DNA of 48,378 nt from Candidatus Geocrenenecus huangii (GTDB lineage: Archaea > Thermoproteota > Nitrososphaeria_A > Caldarchaeales > Wolframiiraptoraceae). Shown here one piece after another: positions 46,977-48,378 of the stretch. The translations under genes and the position numbers were made by a program. Location of the stretch: NCBI GenBank assembly GCA_023254095.1, contig JALNLM010000010.1, positions 1 through 48,378 on the forward strand. The letters run 5' to 3'. The notes beneath the pieces are model-generated. The model saw only the letters and a list, made by a program, of their open reading frames with translations, was not told where the DNA came from and searched no databases. Positions within the stretch are counted from its first letter, which is position 1; each line of letters begins with the position of its first letter.

Positions 46977-47152
46977 CTAATTTTGACCCACCCACCCATT
47001 ATATCTTCTCCCCAATATACCTTTAAAGTTTTTAAGACTTCCTCGATCCACTCACCATATAATACTTATATAATCTACCCAATCTTTATCAATACTCTAT
47101 TCATATATTCTATTTTTAAGTAGCTACTTGAGGGAGGAGGAGATGAGATACA

Positions 47153-47761
47153 TTGACTAATATTAATGGTATCAGAATTGTCTTCGTCGATACTGCTAAT
47201 AATTCTAAGAATCATTGTTGCTATGATCCTGTTGAGGATAGGTTCTTCGAGGTTGAGAGTCTCAGAGAACTAGAAGACCATGATGAGGTATATCTTGATT
47301 CATCGATATTCCAAAGTATGTGGAGTGAGATAGGGGAGCTTCTCAGAGAGGGGAAGAGGGTCTTCTACTTTAGACGTCCATGGAAATGGAGAGAGCTGAG
47401 GGATGGATTATCTGAAGAGTTGAAGAAGAAATTCGGGAAGAAGAAGAGTGACTTCGGTGACACATACGCTCTGTCAAAGATTCCTAGGACCTGGAAATGG
47501 TTTAGAGAGATAACATCAATTGATGTAGAGATAAAGCCATTACTGACGTTGGAAAAATTTTACTACAAGAACTATCAAAGATTGCTGATGCTTAAAAGTC
47601 TAAGTGTAGATGTTGATAGAGATATCGATGAAGTGGAAAGTAGAATATCAATGATACGTATGCGATGTAACATGAGATGTAACATGAGCTCGGGGATCTG
47701 GATGATGGTGTTCATGAGCCTGACTGTGAAGCTACATTTACGATGTCTATCTAGGTTATAA
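47153..47761 (+). mobile_element. Truncated divergent IS110-family-like transposase (N-terminal RuvC/DEDD domain only)
   Basis: VFVD13..K.H, VYLD49, L..G..V...P, KSD100FGD103 (KTDxxD-like); sequence degenerates at a tandem duplication near 47664; no C-terminal Ser domain. Confidence 0.55.
47664..47687. repeat. Perfect 12-bp tandem duplication GATGTAACATGA x2
   Basis: 47664-47675 is identical to 47676-47687. Confidence 0.9.
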
Positions 47762-47854
47762 TGCAATAAACTAAATTCAACTTCAACAATTTATCATAGC
47801 ATGCACGTGCTGGAGAGAAGTGAAGTTGTGTGAGTGATGAAATCATGCTCTTGG

Positions 47855-47870
47855 GCGAAAGCCTTTAGAG
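47855..47870 (+). promoter_or_regulatory. Putative BRE-TATA promoter for the last ORF (leaderless)
   Basis: GCGAAAG + CTTTAGAG about 26 nt upstream of GTG 47892. Confidence 0.45.
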
Positions 47871-47891
47871 CCGCCATCCCGCAAATTATTT

Positions 47892-48338
47892 GTGCTCACG
47901 AAATTTAGCGCGAGAATCCTCATCTTAGTCATAGCAGTTGTGGTTCTTCTCATCTTCATTTTCTTCTTTCGGGGCGGAGAGGTTTTTGAAGCATCGCCAT
48001 CTTTGGATGAAGAATTCCGGCTAAAGGTCGGCGAGAGAGCCTTGATAAGAGAAATAGGCTTGGTTCTAACATTTAATCGAGTTGTTGAGGACAGTAGGTG
48101 CCCGATAAACGTTTACTGCTTTTGGCCCGGAAGGGTAACAATAGAAATGTTGGTGGCCAGGAGAGGTCAAGATGCCGAGATGATAAACCTGACGATACCA
48201 GGGTCCGAAAAAAGAGAGCTAGACGGCTACATAATCATGCTACTAGGCGTCGAGCCTCAAAGAGAGTACCCCGACAAAGTAGAAATCCCCCAATCTAGCT
48301 ACGAGATCACTCTAAAGGTCTCACAGAGATCACGCTAA
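47892..48338 (+). CDS. Membrane-anchored/secreted beta-rich hypothetical protein with DSRCP-x4-C-x-W motif
   Basis: N-terminal hydrophobic helix, VVEDSRCPINVYCFWPG. Confidence 0.75.
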   Translation: MLTKFSARILILVIAVVVLLIFIFFFRGGEVFEASPSLDEEFRLKVGERALIREIGLVLTFNRVVEDSRCPINVYCFWPGRVTIEMLVARRGQDAEMINLTIPGSEKRELDGYIIMLLGVEPQREYPDKVEIPQSSYEITLKVSQRSR

Positions 48339-48378
48339 AAAGCTGCACGAACGATCAGATCAAAGGAGGTTAAGTTCG

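Noticed and set aside
15-47048. 16-bp exact inverted match GATCGAGGAAGTCTTA at 15-30 and 47033-47048, with a weak transition-rich extension
   Set aside because: A match of this length is expected roughly once by chance in a 48-kb self-comparison; one copy is inside an ORF and housekeeping genes lie between, so it is not accepted as terminal inverted repeats
47700-47757. ATGATGG...CTGA..GTGAAGC pattern resembling a C/D sRNA
   Set aside because: Degenerate C and C' boxes, no proper D box or terminal stem, no recognisable target
47847-47871. GCTCT-TG-GGC-GAAA-GCC-TTT-AGAGC GNRA hairpin
   Set aside because: More simply explained as the BRE/TATA promoter at the correct distance from the next gene
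1-48378. CRISPR arrays, rRNA genes, selenocysteine/pyrrolysine readthrough
   Set aside because: No regularly spaced repeats, no long GC-rich RNA gene, and no recognised gene is interrupted by an in-frame stop

Overview
Gene-dense, AT-rich segment of an archaeal chromosome. Evidence for Archaea: Top6B, Cgi121, LysW-type Lys/Arg pathway, intron-containing tRNA, box C/D sRNA and BRE/TATA promoters. A thermophilic Thermoproteota/TACK source is my inference. Contents: (i) a scattered LysW-dependent lysine and arginine pathway (argX, lysY, lysZ, lysW, lysX, lysK, lysJ, argG, argH); (ii) two radical SAM enzymes that resemble tetraether-lipid modifiers (Grs-like ring synthase; rSAM/SPASM, possibly Gms-like); (iii) an AOR, cupin, prolidase, Dpp/Opp ABC transporter, racemase and HyuAB catabolic cluster; (iv) a VKOR plus Zn-finger/thioredoxin pair; (v) tRNA-Thr(GGT) with an 18-nt intron; (vi) a ~9 kb gamma-glutamylation amine-catabolism island that also carries a papain-like Cys hydrolase, a stand-alone nucleotidyltransferase and a metallophosphoesterase, the best candidate for an undescribed system; (vii) an intergenic double-guide box C/D sRNA aimed at both strands of 16S helix 34; (viii) housekeeping genes and a truncated, divergent IS110-like transposase at the right end. 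No CRISPR array or rRNA gene was seen. All family calls come from motif recognition, not database searches.
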